Shown here in pieces: positions 9,958 through 19,331 of a stretch of 64,000 nucleotides of DNA. The stretch lies in the NCBI GenBank assembly GCA_013361335.1, contig JABFYH010000003.1, positions 4,217 through 68,216 of the forward strand. The letters are read 5' to 3'. This stretch comes from Gemmatimonadaceae bacterium (GTDB taxonomy: Bacteria > Gemmatimonadota > Gemmatimonadetes > Gemmatimonadales > Gemmatimonadaceae). The notes under the pieces were generated by a model that made no database searches, was not told where the DNA came from, and was given only the letters and a program-made list of their open reading frames with translations. The stretch's first letter is position 1. Each line of letters begins with the position of its first letter. The position numbers and the translations under genes are program-made.

Positions 9958-11059
9958 GCCCGTCACCCAGCTGCCGATCGGCCGCGTCGAGGAGGCGCCT
10001 GCCTACGGGGCGTACACCCGGACCACGAGCGGATCGCGCATTCCCTCGCTCGACGGCATTCGTGCGGTGGCGATCCTGCTCGTGCTGTGGGCGCACACCT
10101 CAGGGGCGCGAGGGTATCCGGATTGGGCGAACGTCTGGACGTCGAACTCGCATTACCGGCTCGGTGGGCTCGGAGTCCGCATCTTCTTCGTGCTCTCCGG
10201 GTTCCTCATCACCGGCCTTCTGCTGAAGGAGCGTGCGGCCACCGGCACGGTGTCGCTCGGGCGCTTCTACTACCGGCGGGCGCTGCGCATCATGCCGGCG
10301 TACCTGGCCTACCTCGCCGTGATCGGCCTGCTCGTCGCCGCCGGCTTCGCCACCCTATCGCGCAGCGACGCGCTCCATGCACTGACCTACACGATCAACT
10401 ACGAGTCGGACCGAGGCCGCCTCGTCGATCACCTGTGGTCACTCGCCGTCGAAGAGCAGTTCTACCTGCTCTGGCCGGCGGCGTTGATGGCCCTCTCGCT
10501 GGCCGGATCAGCGCGGGCTGCGGTTGCCGTCGTCGTGCTGGCACCGCTGGTGCGCGTCGTAGCGGTCACCCTGGCACCGGGATCGCCGCAGGCTGCCGGC
10601 GCCGCGTTCGAGGCGACCGCTGATTCCCTGGCGGTCGGGTGTCTGTTGGCGCTCTGGCGGGATCAGCTCTGGGAGTCGTCGTCGACCTACCGCCGCATCG
10701 TCCTCTCCCGATGGTGCATCCCCGCGCTGTTCGCCGTCGGCATGGTGGCGGGCGTCTCGGTGAAGCTCGGTATGCTGGTCGGACAGTCGCTGATCTCCAT
10801 CGCGATCGCACTCGGCATCGATCGGTCCGTCCGCCGCCCGTACGGGATCGCCGGCCGAGCGCTGAACTGGCGCCCGGTGGCAGCCGTCGGCGTCGGCTCG
10901 TACTCGCTCTACCTCTGGCAGCAGCTCGTGGTGGACGCCAGCCCGGGATCGACCTTCCCCTTTCCGCTCAATCTCGCCCTGGCCGGCCTGCTGGCGTGGG
11001 CCAGTTACCGTTGGGTCGAGCAAACGGCGCTGCGGTTCCGGGACACGAGGACGCGGTAA
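9947..11059 (+). CDS. Acyltransferase family 3
   Basis: LDGIRAVAILLVLWAH, GVRIFFVLSGFLITG, WSLAVEEQFYL. TTG 9947 is the only in-frame start upstream of the conserved N-terminus, and it overlaps the upstream gene by 11 nt. Confidence 0.8.
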   Translation: MSSEPVTQLPIGRVEEAPAYGAYTRTTSGSRIPSLDGIRAVAILLVLWAHTSGARGYPDWANVWTSNSHYRLGGLGVRIFFVLSGFLITGLLLKERAATGTVSLGRFYYRRALRIMPAYLAYLAVIGLLVAAGFATLSRSDALHALTYTINYESDRGRLVDHLWSLAVEEQFYLLWPAALMALSLAGSARAAVAVVVLAPLVRVVAVTLAPGSPQAAGAAFEATADSLAVGCLLALWRDQLWESSSTYRRIVLSRWCIPALFAVGMVAGVSVKLGMLVGQSLISIAIALGIDRSVRRPYGIAGRALNWRPVAAVGVGSYSLYLWQQLVVDASPGSTFPFPLNLALAGLLAWASYRWVEQTALRFRDTRTR

Positions 11060-11088
11060 GCGCGGCGGGCGCCGAGCGCGGCACGCCG

Positions 11089-12312
11089 TCAGGGTGTGCT
11101 GAGCGGGCTGGCTGTCTGGCCCGATCGCGCCGCCATCGTATGACGCGGCGCGTACGGGAAGTAGCGCTTGAGCGCGAGGGCAGGCCGCTCGAGAATCGTC
11201 CAACTGAGCAGAGCGAGCACCGTCGTCGTGGCGAGCTGCAGCGCCAGCTCCCAGAACAGGTGCGGAAGGGCCGAACCGAAGGCGCGTGCCGGCACGAGCC
11301 CGACGAGCGGTGTGACCGCGAGCAGCACGGCCGCGATTCCGCCGAGCACGTACATCCCGTACGCGTAGCGGCCGAAGAAGCGCAGCGCACGCGACGCCAC
11401 GGCGCGATGTGCCAGTGATCGCTGATGCGCGACCACGGAGATGAGCAGCGCTGCCGACGTGATCGCCGTGCACGTGATGCCGAGCGTCACCATCCACGCG
11501 CTGTCCCACCCTGCATAGCCGCTGCGAGCCACGATCACGGCGAGGCAGGCGAGGGCACCCGCGCCGGCGTAGGGTGCTCTGGCCGCCAGGCGATCCAGGC
11601 CCCCCGGCTGCCGCGCGACGATCGCCAGCCAGGCGCCGATCGCCAGACCGTCCATTCGCGACGGCAGCAGCACGTACGCCGCGAACATATGCCCGGACCG
11701 CACCATCGCGACGCGCCAGAGCAATGCGACCACGACCAAGACCAGGCAGAGCCGCGCCAGTCCGTCGAGCCCGAGCCGCGCGACCGTGGCCGGCCAGATC
11801 AGGTAGAACTGCTCCTCCACGCACAGGCTCCAGAAGAACGCCGTACCGGCCACCGAGGCGCCCGTCCATCCGTTGGCCAGCGCGACGCGCACGTTCATCA
11901 TGTACGTCAGGTACCAGGGCGCCGCAGCCGTCAGCTCCGCCGAGCCTGGCGTGCCGAGCCCGCGCCAGAACGGAAGCACGAGGAAGAGCACCGCGCAGTA
12001 GCCGTAGAACAGCGGAAAGATCCGCAGCGTGCGACGGACGTAGAAGGTCCGATAGTAGCCAGGACCGCCGCGCGCCTGCAGCAGAATGCCCGTGATGAGG
12101 AACCCGGACAGCACGAAGAACAGGTCCACCCCCGCCCAGCCGAACATCATTCCCAGTTGAACGAGCCGTTCGACGGGGCCGTACACCTCGAACCCCGGAA
12201 CGTGCACGATGATGACGGCGAGGATGGCAATGCCCCGGATGCCATCGAGGACCGGCAGATGCCCCTCGATTCGGGAATCCCGCGTCGAAGTCGCGTCAGG
12301 CGGCACGCTCAT
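11089..12312 (-). CDS. Acyltransferase family 3
   Basis: LDGIRGIAILAVIIVH, GVDLFFVLSGFLITG, WSLCVEEQFYL. ATG 12312 overlaps the upstream GT4 stop (ATGA). The ORF-track start 12345 would overlap it by 37 nt. Confidence 0.8.
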   Translation of the reverse strand: MSVPPDATSTRDSRIEGHLPVLDGIRGIAILAVIIVHVPGFEVYGPVERLVQLGMMFGWAGVDLFFVLSGFLITGILLQARGGPGYYRTFYVRRTLRIFPLFYGYCAVLFLVLPFWRGLGTPGSAELTAAAPWYLTYMMNVRVALANGWTGASVAGTAFFWSLCVEEQFYLIWPATVARLGLDGLARLCLVLVVVALLWRVAMVRSGHMFAAYVLLPSRMDGLAIGAWLAIVARQPGGLDRLAARAPYAGAGALACLAVIVARSGYAGWDSAWMVTLGITCTAITSAALLISVVAHQRSLAHRAVASRALRFFGRYAYGMYVLGGIAAVLLAVTPLVGLVPARAFGSALPHLFWELALQLATTTVLALLSWTILERPALALKRYFPYAPRHTMAARSGQTASPLSTP

Positions 12313-13388
12313 CCTCCGCTTCGGCCCGCGTAGGCGGATCGCCATTCCGGATGGACCGCACGCCAGGTGTACTTCGCCAGGAGCTCCTGCCGCGCCGCTC
12401 GCGCGAGACGCTGGCCAAGCGCCGGATCGGCCAGCAGCCGTAGCGCACCTTCGGCGAGCGAGCGATGATCCTCCGGTGACACGAGCAGACCGGTCTGCTC
12501 ATGGGTCACAATGTAGGGGATGCCTCCCGCGCTCGTCGTGACCACCGGCAGCCCGGCGGCGAACGACTCGATGATCGAGTTCGGCATGTTGTCGACGTTC
12601 GGCGCGTTGAGATACACGTCCGCCGCGTCGTAGAGTTCGGCCATCGCGGTCGGTGTCACCTGACCCACGAAATCCACGTGGCGCAGGTCCAGCTCACGCG
12701 CCAACGCGTGCAGCCTCTCACGCTCCTCGCCGTCGCCCGCGACGACGAGTCGCGCCTCGGGGTGCTCGTCCTGGATCAGCCGGAACGCCCGCAGCACGCA
12801 CGACACGTTGTAGTGCGGCGCGAAGTTGCGGTTGCCGAGGAAGCGCGGGCGCAGCGGGCCGCGCTCGCGATAGGGGATCGAGCTCACGTCCACGAAGTTG
12901 AAAATCGATGTCGCCACCAATCCGTGGCGGGCGAAGACGTCCACCAGGTAATTCGACGGTACGACGATCAGGCTGGCGCGTCGCATCACCGCCGGCGCGA
13001 GCCACCGCCATCGCGTCAGATGGTCGTCCGCCTCACCGCTCCGATAGTTCAGGATCACCCGCTTGCCGAACAGACGCCCCAACAGCACGGCGGGCGTCGG
13101 CGCGAGCAGGAACGACCAGTACGAGGCCGAGAAGACGTGAATGACGTCATGACGCGGCAGCTCGCGAAGCAGGGACACGACATACGCCACCGACGTCGTG
13201 ATCGTGCGGAGATACTTCACTCGCTGCAGGGCGCGCAGGACGCCGGGCAGCCGTGGATTGTGCGGCAGGAAGGAGATGGCGAGGTCGGCGTCGCCCGCGA
13301 GGTGCTGCATCAACCGCTGCGCCACCACCGCCTGGCCACCGACGATATCCAGCGACGGCGCGACGATGCAGACCCGGAGCCGCGTCAC
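12309..13388 (-). CDS. Glycosyltransferase family 4
   Basis: MTRLRVCIVAPSLDIVGGQ at the N-terminus and NMPNSIIESFAAGLPVVTTSAGGIPYIVTHEQTGLLV at the C-terminus. The GTG start overlaps the upstream stop (GTGA). Confidence 0.85.
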   Translation of the reverse strand: MTRLRVCIVAPSLDIVGGQAVVAQRLMQHLAGDADLAISFLPHNPRLPGVLRALQRVKYLRTITTSVAYVVSLLRELPRHDVIHVFSASYWSFLLAPTPAVLLGRLFGKRVILNYRSGEADDHLTRWRWLAPAVMRRASLIVVPSNYLVDVFARHGLVATSIFNFVDVSSIPYRERGPLRPRFLGNRNFAPHYNVSCVLRAFRLIQDEHPEARLVVAGDGEERERLHALARELDLRHVDFVGQVTPTAMAELYDAADVYLNAPNVDNMPNSIIESFAAGLPVVTTSAGGIPYIVTHEQTGLLVSPEDHRSLAEGALRLLADPALGQRLARAARQELLAKYTWRAVHPEWRSAYAGRSGG

Positions 13389-15274
13389 GCCGATCGGCTG
13401 AAGGCGACAGGCGCTCCACCGGCCCGCGTCATGTCACGCTCCGCGCGCAGCCACTCTTCCAGCACCCACAGATACCAGAGTCGGCGTGACGCGCGACCCG
13501 TCCGTACGCTCTGGCTGAGCTCACGCTCCAGAGCGGCCTGGCTGATCCATCCATCGGACACCAGGAGCGAATCGGTGAGGCTCTGGCTGACCTGCCGGTG
13601 CCACCGCCGGCCCATCCAGTCCTCAACGGGAACGGTGAAGCCGCGCTTGGGGGCGTGGGCCACGCCAGTACCGAGCTTCCGGCGTGCCAGCTCGCGCAGC
13701 ACGGCCTTCAGCTCTCCGCCGTGCAGGAGCTGCGCGTAAGGCAGCGCGCCGGCGAACTCCCACAGCTGCTGATCCAGGAAGGGCGACCGCGCCTCGAGCC
13801 CGTAGTACATGGACGCGCCATCGACCTTCACCAGATACTCGGAGACGAACTGCGTGGCGCGGTCGTGCTCCAGATACTCCGTGAGCACATGACGCGCCGA
13901 CTCCATCGACCACGGCAGGCCGGCCCTCGTCTGCTCGGCCATCCGCGGGCCGAGCAGACCGTGCGCGCGGAAGTCCGCGAGCCCGGGGTTGGCCGCGATG
14001 TACGCGCCCAATCCGCCGGCCACGTAGTCCGCGAGATGGACCGCACGCTTGAGCGGTCCCACCCGAGGGACGGAGCTGCGGAGCGCCCGCCAGGCCGCTC
14101 CTCCGGCGCTCGGCATCCTCCGCGCCGTCCGCTCCACCTGATACAGCAGTCGGTGACGCGGATAGCCGAGAAACAGGTCGTCGCCCCCGTCGCCTGTCAG
14201 GAAGACACGCGCCGGCGTGCCGGCGATCGCCCTCGAGAGACGCAGCATCCCCAGCGCCGAGGAGCACGCGAACGGCTCGGGGTAGGCCGCGCTCAGTGCG
14301 CGGACGTCCGGGTCGTCGGCGTCGGAGAGCGACAGAATCTCGTGACGGATCCCGAGCCGGGCTGCGGTCTGGGTCGCCAGGGCTGTCTCGTCGCTCGGGT
14401 GGCCCGGCGCGCTGATCGTGAAAGCGGTGACGTCGCCGCCCAGCGTGGCGATCGCCCAGCACACCAGGCTCGAATCGATGCCGGCGCTGAGCAACGCCGC
14501 CACCGGCACGTCGGCATGGAGACGGCGCTCCACTGCACGCACCAGAAGCCGCTCGGTCTCCTGCACCGCATCCTCGAACGTCACCCCACTCTGCTCGGCC
14601 GCGAGCGGCGGCCGCCAGTAGACGCGCGTGCGCGCGCGACCGCCCGACCACTCGAGGATCGTGGCCGGCGCGAGCTTCTGCGCCCCCGCGTAGATGGCGT
14701 GCGTCTCCCCGACGAAGCCGTCCTGGAGGAAGTCGGCGACCGCCGCGGCGGACAGCTCCGTGACCGCTCCAGCCGCGCGCAGGGCGCGAACCGTGGACGC
14801 GAACGCCAGCCCTCCGTCGCGCTGCTCCACGTACACGAGCGGCTTCACCCCGAGTCGGTCGCGCACGAGGAACAGCCGGTCGGCCGGCGCGTCCCACAGC
14901 GCGAAGGCGAACATCCCCTGGCAGCGCTCGACGAGGCGATCGATCCCCCACGCCCGGTAGCCAGCGAGCAGCACCTCGGTATCGGTGTCCGAGTGGAACG
15001 CATAGCCCGAGCGCGCGAGCTCCGCGCGCAGCTCGAGGAAGTTGTAGATCGCCCCGTTGAACACGACGCCGAGGGCGCCGTCCGGGGTGATCATGGGCTG
15101 CGCGCCGGCGTCGCTGAGGTCGAAGATCGCCAGCCGGCGATGCCCGAAGGTGGCACCGGGCCAGGAGTAGATCCCCTCGCTGTCCGGGCCACGACGCTGG
15201 AGCGCGCGCAGCATGGCAGGGAGCGGCTCGGCCGCTCCCCGCCCCATGCTCACCACGCCGGCAATGCCGCACAT
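13385..15274 (-). CDS. asnB: Asparagine synthase family amidotransferase, EPS-locus paralog 2
   Basis: MCGIAG nucleophile, a GATase-II domain, and PP-loop LLSAGIDSSLV. It is roughly 40% identical by eye to the 5967 paralog. Confidence 0.9.
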   Translation of the reverse strand: MCGIAGVVSMGRGAAEPLPAMLRALQRRGPDSEGIYSWPGATFGHRRLAIFDLSDAGAQPMITPDGALGVVFNGAIYNFLELRAELARSGYAFHSDTDTEVLLAGYRAWGIDRLVERCQGMFAFALWDAPADRLFLVRDRLGVKPLVYVEQRDGGLAFASTVRALRAAGAVTELSAAAVADFLQDGFVGETHAIYAGAQKLAPATILEWSGGRARTRVYWRPPLAAEQSGVTFEDAVQETERLLVRAVERRLHADVPVAALLSAGIDSSLVCWAIATLGGDVTAFTISAPGHPSDETALATQTAARLGIRHEILSLSDADDPDVRALSAAYPEPFACSSALGMLRLSRAIAGTPARVFLTGDGGDDLFLGYPRHRLLYQVERTARRMPSAGGAAWRALRSSVPRVGPLKRAVHLADYVAGGLGAYIAANPGLADFRAHGLLGPRMAEQTRAGLPWSMESARHVLTEYLEHDRATQFVSEYLVKVDGASMYYGLEARSPFLDQQLWEFAGALPYAQLLHGGELKAVLRELARRKLGTGVAHAPKRGFTVPVEDWMGRRWHRQVSQSLTDSLLVSDGWISQAALERELSQSVRTGRASRRLWYLWVLEEWLRAERDMTRAGGAPVAFSRSA

Positions 15275-15312
15275 CTGACGACCTCCCTGAGTGAAGCGCC
15301 GACGTCAGCCGC

Positions 15313-16632
15313 CTACCACGCGACGCCGCGATACGTCCGGTCCGACGTCCGGGCACCGAAGGCACGCACGAGGTCGACCACGACCTGCCCGTCGCGCAGC
15401 AATGGCTCGATGCGGCGGAACTCCGGCGTGCCGTTCCCGATCACCACGACGTCGCCGAACTCCACGACTTCGTCCACCGAGCCCCGCATCAGCGACCAGA
15501 TGTGCGGAATCTCGTGCTCGATGTACTCGCGGTTCGACCCGATCAGCTTGGCCTTGGAGACGTGGCCATCATAGATCGCGAGCTGCATGCCCTTGCCGAT
15601 CAGGCGCTCCACGAGCGTCACGATCGGCGACTCCCGTAGATCGTCCGTGCCCGCCTTGAACGCCAGACCGAGCACGCCGACCCGACGCGAGCCGGTGGCA
15701 CGCACCATCTCGTATGCCCGCGCGATCTGGGTCTCATTGCTCGACAACGCAGCCTGGAGCACCGGTGTCTCGACGTCGAGCTGGCGCGCGCGGTGCGACA
15801 GCGCCCGCAGATCCTTCGGCAGGCACGAGCCGCCGAATGCAAAGCCGGGCCGAAGGTATGTCGGCGCGATGTTGAGCTTCGTGTCCTCACAGAAGATCCG
15901 CATGACCTCGTGGCTGTCCACGTTGAGCGCCTTGCAGATGCTCCCGATCTCGTTGCCGAAAGCCACCTTGAGCCCGTGAAAGCTGTTGCACGCGTATTTC
16001 ACCATCTCGGCCACCGCGAGCGGCACGACGCGCACCGGGGCCGACAGCGAGCCGTAGAGCGATGCCACCGTGGCCGCGGTCCGCTCGTCCTGCGCTCCGA
16101 TCACGGTGAACGGCGGATCGTCGAAGTCGCGGATCGACGTGCCCTCGCGCAGGAACTCGGGGTTCATCGCCACGCCGAAATCCCGGCCTGCCCGCTTGCC
16201 CGACGCCTGCTCGAGCAGCGGGATCACGACCTCCGCCGTCGTACCGGGCAGCACCGTGCTCCGGATGACGACCACGTGCCAGTCACTCTTCTCCCGTAGC
16301 GCTTCGCCGATCTGCGACGCGACACGACGCACGTACGCGAGGTCGAGCCCACCATTCGCCTGACTCGGTGTACCGACGCACACGAGCGAGATCTGCGTGT
16401 CGAGCACGGCCTGGCGAACGTCCGTCGTCGCGGACAACCGGCCGGCCGCCACCATCTGCCCCACCAGCTCGCCGATGCCGTTCTCCACGATCGTCGCGTT
16501 TCCCGAGCGCACCGTGTCGACCTTGCTGGCGCTGACGTCCACGCCGACGACCCTATGTCCTTCACGGGCGAGACAGGCCGCGCTGACGCAACCCACGTAA
16601 CCCAGCCCGAACACGCTGACAGTGCTTGGCAT
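15313..16632 (-). CDS. algD: GDP-mannose 6-dehydrogenase-like nucleotide-sugar dehydrogenase
   Basis: It is colinear with Pseudomonas AlgD as I remember that sequence. Shared blocks: VFGLGYVGCVSAACLAREGHRVVGVD, VCVGTPS, NPEFLREG, catalytic GFAFGGSCLPKD, FKAGTDDLRESP, and a C-terminal GVAW. Confidence 0.85.
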   Translation of the reverse strand: MPSTVSVFGLGYVGCVSAACLAREGHRVVGVDVSASKVDTVRSGNATIVENGIGELVGQMVAAGRLSATTDVRQAVLDTQISLVCVGTPSQANGGLDLAYVRRVASQIGEALREKSDWHVVVIRSTVLPGTTAEVVIPLLEQASGKRAGRDFGVAMNPEFLREGTSIRDFDDPPFTVIGAQDERTAATVASLYGSLSAPVRVVPLAVAEMVKYACNSFHGLKVAFGNEIGSICKALNVDSHEVMRIFCEDTKLNIAPTYLRPGFAFGGSCLPKDLRALSHRARQLDVETPVLQAALSSNETQIARAYEMVRATGSRRVGVLGLAFKAGTDDLRESPIVTLVERLIGKGMQLAIYDGHVSKAKLIGSNREYIEHEIPHIWSLMRGSVDEVVEFGDVVVIGNGTPEFRRIEPLLRDGQVVVDLVRAFGARTSDRTYRGVAW

Positions 16633-16707
16633 CTCGAAGAGGAAAGTCCGATTGACCGGCCGCCACGAGCTCGCGTCGCACGCGACTGGCTTGCCGGCCG
16701 AGGAAAG

Positions 16708-19065
16708 TTACTGGCGCGACCGCTCCACGATGTGGCCGTCTCCGATGACCGACCACCCGCTGGCGGTACGATGCATCTCGGCCGAGCCGCCGGCCTCGAA
16801 GCTGAGCCCATCCGCCTCGAGGCGCCCTGCGGAACCGAGCAATGCCACCGCCTCGATCGGCCCGGCGGCCGATCCCCGCCGGACGACGGCGACGTCTGCG
16901 TCGATCTGGATCGCGCCTACCTGGGCGGTTCCGCGCTCGCGAAGAACGATCACATCGTACACACCCGGACGATCGACGACCACGGCGCGTCCCCCGGAGC
17001 AGGGCAACTCTCGAACCACCGGACTCGGCCCTGCCGTCAGCGGGATCAGAACGGTGACCAGGTCCCGCCGACCGGCGCCTCGACTCACCAGGCGGGCCGC
17101 CGGGGCCAGGGTCCTCACCCCGTAGACCGGGGAGACCCATTCGTCGCTCCACAGCAGCCCGTCGACGTTGCCGAGCGCACGCAACACAACTGTCGCGTCG
17201 CCGCCGGCACAAGGGACGGTGATGCGCGCTTCCAGGTCCCCGACTGCCGCGACAGTGGCGCCAGGCGTCAAGTGGAGGTGCGCTGCGGCCTCGTGCACTC
17301 CCCGGGTCTCGACGGTATCCACGATGACCCAGTAGGCGCTGCGCACGAACAGCACCCGTCGGCGGTGGGTGGCCGGCTCAGGGAGTCGCTGGAACCCGTC
17401 GTGGCTTCCCAGGAACGAGTCGACGAGCTGCCCCGTCCACCAGTGCTCCACCCGCGCATCGGCCCGTGAGGCCCAGGCGAACGGGCCGGCGGGCACCGAA
17501 GCGGTCTGGCCGTCGATCGAGACCGTGTTGTGCATCGCCGAGTGGCGAAACCGGTCCCGCTCCGTCGGCGAGCCCGTATATGTGAACGTGCCAGGGTCCA
17601 CGACGACCGGGCACCCGGCCACCGCAAGCTCGAAAGAGAGCGCATCCGAATGCGCGTGGCCACCGTGCATTGCCCCGAGCGGTCCGGCGTCGATGACGGC
17701 GTGATGGGAGCCGCTGTCCCACCCGTCGCGCATCACTGCGTAGCCACCGACAGGGTACAGCCGGGAGGCATGCGTTGGCGGCGCCGCGGTCAGGGCAGCC
17801 CCCACCCGACCTGCTCCGTCGGGGCCGAGCAGCCAGAGCACCTCCTGTGTCACCCGACCGGCCACTCGGCTCAGATCGGGCCGCTCGAGCACCACACTCG
17901 CGACGCCCAGCGCAGCCCGCACGTCGGCGGGCATCCGCTCCTCGAGGGCGACCAGGCGGCCCCCATCGTCGTCGCCGATCATCGGGATCGTGCCATCGAC
18001 GCGTGTCAGGTCGGCGAGATGATCGACCGCGAGCTCGAGCCGATCCAGCATCGCCGGCGGAACGGGCAGCCCGTTCCGCCGGGCCAGGATCACCGCGTGC
18101 AGGTAGAAGTCGACGGTGTAGCGGTGGTAGTACGACGCCTGCTCGAAGTAGACGCCATCCTCGTGGACCTGACGCGGCAGCTCGCGCTCCAGGATGGCCC
18201 AGCCGCGGGCCCGCCACCGAGCGGACCGACGGAGCTCCGGCAGGAGCGTGCCGAGGTAGAACAGCCCCAGCGCCTCGCCGGTGAGGTGGGTGTTCGGGCT
18301 GAAATAGGTGGAGAGATATCTCTCCAGATGACGGCCGTGGAGGTACAGCAGTGTGAGCATCCGCTCCAGCAGCGCCGGCGTCAACGCCGGCGAGCGTCGG
18401 AACAGCTCGAGCGCCCACAGCCACGAGATCGCGCGAAATGCCACCTCGAGGCTGCTCGCCCAGTTCACCCCTCGCTTGGGCGGATTGGCCTCCATCCACG
18501 ATGTCAGCTGCTCGGCGAACGCGATGGCGTACCTCTCGTCGCCGGTCGCCTGGTACGCTCGCCCGAGAACGACCAGGTGCTGATGCCGATTGAGCTCCCA
18601 GATGACCTTGTGGTCTCCGATCGACGCGGCATCGAGGTATGGGATGCGGCTCCAGTGACGGTCGGGCGCGCGCCGGCCGGTCGTGGGATCGAGGTGCCAG
18701 TCGATGGGAGAGCCGAAGTCGAGCCCCGGGTGGCCGAGCAGGTCGAAACGTCCGGCGCGTACGAGGTCGGCGGCGCCGCGCAACGCCTCGAGCGCGTCGC
18801 GCCAGGGGTCGCTGCGGAGGAGGGCGGCGGACGTGCCGTCGCGGACGCCGGCGAAGAACGCCGGACGTCCGCGGGCGACGAAATGCTCGTGCAGCGCCGC
18901 ACGAGTGCCGGCGCGTCCGACGACCGCCGGATCCAGGAGCTTCCGGAATGTCGCGTCGCTGGGCTCCCGAGCGAGCGCGCTCAGGCCCAGTGCCTCCAAC
19001 GCGGCCGAGAGTGCCTGGCCGGCCCGCTCGCGCAGCTCGGCAAGCGTCCGACCGCGCAGCTTCAC
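16708..19065 (-). CDS. Heparinase II/III (alginate-lyase-like) family protein
   Basis: ASSLEVAFRAISWLWALE, YFSPNTHLTGEALGLFYLG, GGHAHSDALSFEL. The stop is firm. The start is uncertain: GTG 19065 gives VKLRGRTLAELRER, with TTG 19110 as an alternative. The ORF-track start 19293 lies in the loop of a 19-bp hairpin, and GC3 is low until about 19110. Confidence 0.75.
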   Translation of the reverse strand: MKLRGRTLAELRERAGQALSAALEALGLSALAREPSDATFRKLLDPAVVGRAGTRAALHEHFVARGRPAFFAGVRDGTSAALLRSDPWRDALEALRGAADLVRAGRFDLLGHPGLDFGSPIDWHLDPTTGRRAPDRHWSRIPYLDAASIGDHKVIWELNRHQHLVVLGRAYQATGDERYAIAFAEQLTSWMEANPPKRGVNWASSLEVAFRAISWLWALELFRRSPALTPALLERMLTLLYLHGRHLERYLSTYFSPNTHLTGEALGLFYLGTLLPELRRSARWRARGWAILERELPRQVHEDGVYFEQASYYHRYTVDFYLHAVILARRNGLPVPPAMLDRLELAVDHLADLTRVDGTIPMIGDDDGGRLVALEERMPADVRAALGVASVVLERPDLSRVAGRVTQEVLWLLGPDGAGRVGAALTAAPPTHASRLYPVGGYAVMRDGWDSGSHHAVIDAGPLGAMHGGHAHSDALSFELAVAGCPVVVDPGTFTYTGSPTERDRFRHSAMHNTVSIDGQTASVPAGPFAWASRADARVEHWWTGQLVDSFLGSHDGFQRLPEPATHRRRVLFVRSAYWVIVDTVETRGVHEAAAHLHLTPGATVAAVGDLEARITVPCAGGDATVVLRALGNVDGLLWSDEWVSPVYGVRTLAPAARLVSRGAGRRDLVTVLIPLTAGPSPVVRELPCSGGRAVVVDRPGVYDVIVLRERGTAQVGAIQIDADVAVVRRGSAAGPIEAVALLGSAGRLEADGLSFEAGGSAEMHRTASGWSVIGDGHIVERSRQ

Positions 19066-19272
19066 GGCGCGACGGCGTAGCGCCGTGAGCCAGGACCGGA
19101 TCGTAGCCAAGGCGAATCGGGAGGGGTGAGCGTCGCCGTGGGCGACATCGGTGATTGAGCACGCACGGCCGCGCGTCAACGATGAGTGGCGCCGGCGAAA
19201 GCTATCCACCCTGCGAACACTGCAACAAGCGCGGCGACTTCCGGCCTCGATGGACGGCAATGACCCGGATGC

Positions 19273-19313
19273 GACGATGCCCTCGATCGGCACTGCCGAT
19301 CGAGGGCATCGTC
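19273..19313 (-). terminator. Perfect 19-bp hairpin between the beta-helix gene and the heparinase-like gene (attenuator or terminator; no U-tract)
   Basis: GACGATGCCCTCGATCGGC (19273-19291), loop ACT, GCCGATCGAGGGCATCGTC (19295-19313). It starts 18 nt downstream of the stop at 19332. The downstream sequence on the minus strand is not U-rich. Confidence 0.4.
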
Positions 19314-19331
19314 AGTCGGATGGGAAAGCCG

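Noticed and set aside
11060-11088. An expected bidirectional terminator between the convergent acyltransferase genes.
   Set aside because: Only imperfect GC-rich complementarity (GCGCGGC...GCCGAGCGC) is present. There is no convincing stem or T-run.
19291-19293. The ORF-track start (GTG 19293) for the heparinase-like gene.
   Set aside because: The codon sits in the 3-nt loop of a perfect 19-bp hairpin. The next ~60 codons have low GC3 and no similarity, so the real start is probably GTG 19065 or TTG 19110.
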